Shown here: positions 56,878 to 64,000 of the stretch, one piece after another | Numbering within the stretch: position 1 is the stretch's first letter | How the letters are laid out: every line of letters starts with the position of its first letter | Assembly: GCF_009914755.1 (NCBI RefSeq) | Contig: NC_060936.1 | Reading direction: 5' to 3' (one strand) | Origin: the human T2T-CHM13v2.0 reference genome, Homo sapiens | Length of the DNA: 64,000 nucleotides | Notes under the pieces: model-generated | Told to the model about the DNA's origin: nothing | The model's input: only the letters and a program-made list of their open reading frames with translations | Databases searched by the model: none | Made by a program: the position numbers and the translations under genes

Positions 56878-60703
<3,826 letters not shown>

Positions 60704-61029
60704 ACAATGAGAACACATGGACACAGGAAGGGGAACATCACACTCTGGGGGCTGTTGTAGGGTGGGGGCAGGGGGGAGGGATAGCATTAGGAGATATACC
60801 TAATGCTAAATGACGAGTTAATGGGTGCAGCAAACCAGCATGGCACATGTATACATATGTAACTAACTTGCACATTGTGCACATGTACCCTAAAACTTAA
60901 AGTATAATAATAATAAAAAAATAAAATAAATTAAATTTTAAAAAAGACTATAACATGGCTTCATATTTGATGTTGAATTACTGAAAATATTTTTCAATAT
61001 ATTCAGCAATAAAAAATATACTGTCACTA

Positions 61030-62230
61030 ATATCATTCAATAGTGTTCCAAAAGTTCCATAAAATGCAGTAAAAAAGAAAATGCAGTAGGAATGAGATCA
61101 CAAATTATCATTGCAGATAAAATATTTGTCTTCACTTGGAAACAAAAATAATCAACTGAAAAGCTATTCTATCAGTCTCCAAACTGTTTGATTACAAAGT
61201 ATACATAGAAAAATCAATATATGTCACACTATTGAAGAGGATGATTAAAGACCTATATATAAATAGCAAAACTGAAAAATTAGGTGAAAATATTGAAGAA
61301 AATCTTTGACTTTCAGTAGATAATTCCTTCTTAAATAAAACACTGTGTAGACTGGTGTGTGATCAAATCAAAATAGGCATGTGTAATTAAATAGACTGAT
61401 ATGTGATTTAAATATATGACTAAGTCAAAACATAAATGATATTCAAAAACAAATATACTGTGAAAAATATCTGTGATATAGAAAACAGACAATAGATTTA
61501 AAGAAAACCTTTGTATATAAGATAGTAAATGAGAGTACAGACTTTCTAGCCACCCGCAGGAGTTTGAATCCCAGTTCAGCTACTTACCATCTGTATAACC
61601 CTGAGAAAGTGTTTCAACTTCTCTAGGCTCAGTCTCTTCATTTTGCAGAATAGAAATAGTAATAGTACCTACCTCACAGAGTTGTTATAAGTTTTAATAA
61701 ATTCATACTTTTCAAGCTGTTAGAACAGTACTTGGCACATAATAACCACAATGTGTATTTGTTAAATAAACTAAACCACTAAGAAAATGAAAAACCCATT
61801 AGAAAAATGACAACTCTTAGAAAAGGTCATATGAGTAGCTAGTAACAATATAAAGACATGCTCAGCCTAAGCTAGTAATAAGAAAAATGCAAGGTAATAC
61901 TCTATCAGACTGACAATAAATTTAAAGCGCTGACAATATTTTGATATATTAAATATTGTCTCAGATGGAAGAAAGAATACTTTGGAAGTGATTTTGACAG
62001 TTTCTATTAAAATTTAAAATAGTACAAAATTTTACTACCTAAGGGAAAAACTGGCACATTAAAAAGTACAAAAATACAAATAGCATTAGAATTTGTACTA
62101 AAAAAACAATTAAAGCTAACTCAAATGTCCAAATGGCAAAATATAAAATGGTACATTCAGGATATTACATACTGTGCAATCTTGGGAGATGCTATTCACA
62201 TCCATAACATTAGAATGTAACATAATGAAG
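61030..62230 (+). mobile_element. Ancient L1 (L1ME-like) ORF2/3' fragments interrupted by a MIR; more pieces at ~62640-62830 and ~63810-63920
   Basis: 'aaattatcattgcagataaaatatttgtc', 'aatcaactgaaaagctatt', 'tttggaagtgattttgacagtttctattaaaattt'. Confidence 0.55.
61520..61765 (+). mobile_element. MIR, near full length
   Basis: 'gagtttgaatcccagttcagctacttac', 'aatagtacctacctcacagagttgtt', 'tagaacagtacttggcacat'. Confidence 0.88.
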
Positions 62231-62231
62231 A

Positions 62232-62626
62232 CCCAGCACTTTGGGAGGCCAAGGTGGGTGGATCACAAGGACAGGAGTTCAAGATCAGCCTGATAAACAT
62301 GGTGAAACCCCGTCTCTACTAAAAATACAAAAATTAGCCGGGCGTTGTGGCACGCACCTGTAATCCCAGCTATGCAGGAGTCAACGAACAGCAACCCAAA
62401 GTCAAAAGCTAGCTAGGAAGGAAAAATCTCATTCCTACAACTACAAAAAACAGAATTTTATCAACTTGAATGAACTTGGAATCAGATTATTTCACAGACT
62501 CAGGAGTCTGAGGCAGGAGGATCGCTTGAACCTGTGAGGCGGAGATTACAGTGAGACAAGATCGCACCACTGCACTCCAGCCTGGGCGACAGAACAAGAC
62601 TCCGTCTCAAAACAAACAAACAAAAA
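62232..62626 (+). mobile_element. 5'-truncated AluSg-like element carrying a 118 bp foreign insert
   Basis: 'ggatcacaaggacaggagttc'; degenerate TSD agaa(t/c)gtaac(a/t)taa at 62212-62225 and 62627-62640. Confidence 0.9.
62383..62500 (+). mobile_element. MLT1D/F-like internal LTR fragment inserted in the Alu
   Basis: 'ctcattcctacaactacaaaaaacagaattttatcaacttgaatgaacttggaatcagattatt' resembles MLT1 'ctcagtcctacaaccacaaggaactgaattctgccaacaacctgaatgagcttggaagcggattctt'; flanked by caggagtc repeats. Confidence 0.7.
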
Positions 62627-62841
62627 AGAACGTAACTTAAGAAAAAAATCAAGTAAAATTAAACAATAAAACCTTACTGATTAACATGAAGGAAGACTTG
62701 ATTAAATGAAGGGTATTCTATGAATATTCAACAGTAAAGATAGACTTTCTCCTCTAAATTAATGCCATCTCAATTAAAATAGTCATGTTAATATTGACTT
62801 TGTAAAATGTTTATAAAATTTATCTGTAAAAAATAGGAATA

Positions 62842-63791
62842 GTTTATTTTGCTCTGCAGAGTGAACAGGCAACCTACAGAATGAGAGAAAATGTTTGCAA
62901 TCTATCCATCTAACAAAAAACTTAATAGAATACACAAAGAACTTAAATTTACAAGAAAAAAATCAAAAAGTGGGCAAAGGATGTGAACAGACACTTCTCA
63001 AAAGAAGACATTTATGCAGCCAACAGACACGTGAAAAAATGCTCATCATCACTGTTCATTACAGAAATGCAAATCAAAACCACAATGAAATACCATCTCA
63101 TGTCAGTTACAATGACAATCATTAAAAAGTCAGGAAACAGATGCTGGAGAGGATGTGGAAAAATAGGAAGGCTTTACACTGTTGGTGGAAGTGTAAATTA
63201 GTTCAACCATTGTGGAACATAGTGTGATGATTCCTCAAGGATCTAGAACCAGAAATACCATTTGACCCAGCAATCCCATTACTGGGTATATACCCAAAGG
63301 TTTATAAATCATTCTACTATAAAGACACATGAACAGGTATGTTTATTACTGCACTGTTCACAATAGCAAAGACTTGGAACCAACCCACATGCTCATCAAT
63401 GATAGACTGGATAAAGAAAATGTGGCACATATACACCATGGAATACTATGCAGCCATAAAAAAGGATGAGTTCATGTCCTTTGTAGGGACATGGATGAAG
63501 CTGGAAACCATCATTCTCAGCAAAATATCACAAGAACAGAAAACCAAACACCACATGTTCTCACTCACTGGTGGGAGTTGAACAATGAGAACACATGGAC
63601 ACAAGGAGGGGAATGTCACACACTAGGGCCTGTCGGGGGTAGGGGGCTACTAGGGGAGGAATAGCACTGGGAGAGATACCTAATGTAGATAACAGGTTGA
63701 TGGGTGCAGCAAACCACCATGGCACGTGTATACCTATGTAATAAACCTGCACGTTCTGCACATGTACCCCAGAACTTAAAGTATAATTTTT
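62842..63791 (+). mobile_element. 5'-truncated L1PA7-like LINE-1 with a 5' micro-inversion
   Basis: ORF2 C-terminal fragments; 3' UTR 'gtagataacaggttgatgggtgcagcaaaccaccatggcacgtgtatacc'; TSD aaaaataggaata at 62829-62841 and 63792-63804. Confidence 0.9.
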
Positions 63792-63931
63792 AAAAATAGG
63801 AATAAAAGTTACCAAGATAAAACTTTTAAAGGAAAATAGATTTGGAGGGTTTGCACTGCCAGGTATTAAAATGCATAATAAACATACAACAATGGCAACA
63901 GTAGAAGAGGTGAATGGTATTGTCAGTTAAC

Positions 63932-64000
63932 TGAATTAGTTTTCTGTTGCTACTGTGACAAATTACCACCCACTTAGTGGCCTAAAAAAACACACATTTA
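63932..64000 (-). mobile_element. MLT1 LTR 3' end, cut by the window edge
   Basis: 'tgaattagttttctgttgctactgtgacaaattaccacccacttagtggcctaaaa'. Confidence 0.75.

Overview
AT-rich, repeat-dense primate (catarrhine/hominoid, human-like) non-coding DNA. The AluY, full-length L1PA3 and HERV-W LTR17 copies support that origin. I find no cellular protein-coding exon, RNA gene or CRISPR/prokaryotic system. Every ORF I can recognise is a decayed transposon frame; the rest look like chance ORFs. Main contents: (1) a nested ERV1 LTR cluster at 7.07-9.76 kb with a complete HERV-W solo LTR17 inside a MER50-like LTR; (2) a structurally complete but coding-dead 8.6 kb HERV-I/HERV-IP10 provirus (LTR10, tRNA-Pro PBS, gag-pro-pol-env, ACAA TSD) at 25161-33739; (3) a complete THE1A-like MaLR element at 33967-36243; (4) a 5'-truncated L1PA4/5 on the minus strand; (5) a full-length L1PA3 that retains the ~129 bp ZNF93-target segment; (6) a 3' L1PA7-like fragment; (7) ten Alus and older L2/MIR/MLT1/hAT fossils. 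The most unusual signals are repair and retrotransposition scars: an ancient MLT1-like patch inside a much younger Alu, a stuttered PPT/U3 junction in the provirus, a ~20 bp twin-priming inversion, and a cluster of near-perfect tandem duplications at 20-25 kb. Subfamily names come from recalled consensus sequences and need Dfam/RepeatMasker confirmation. I do not see evidence of a new biological system.
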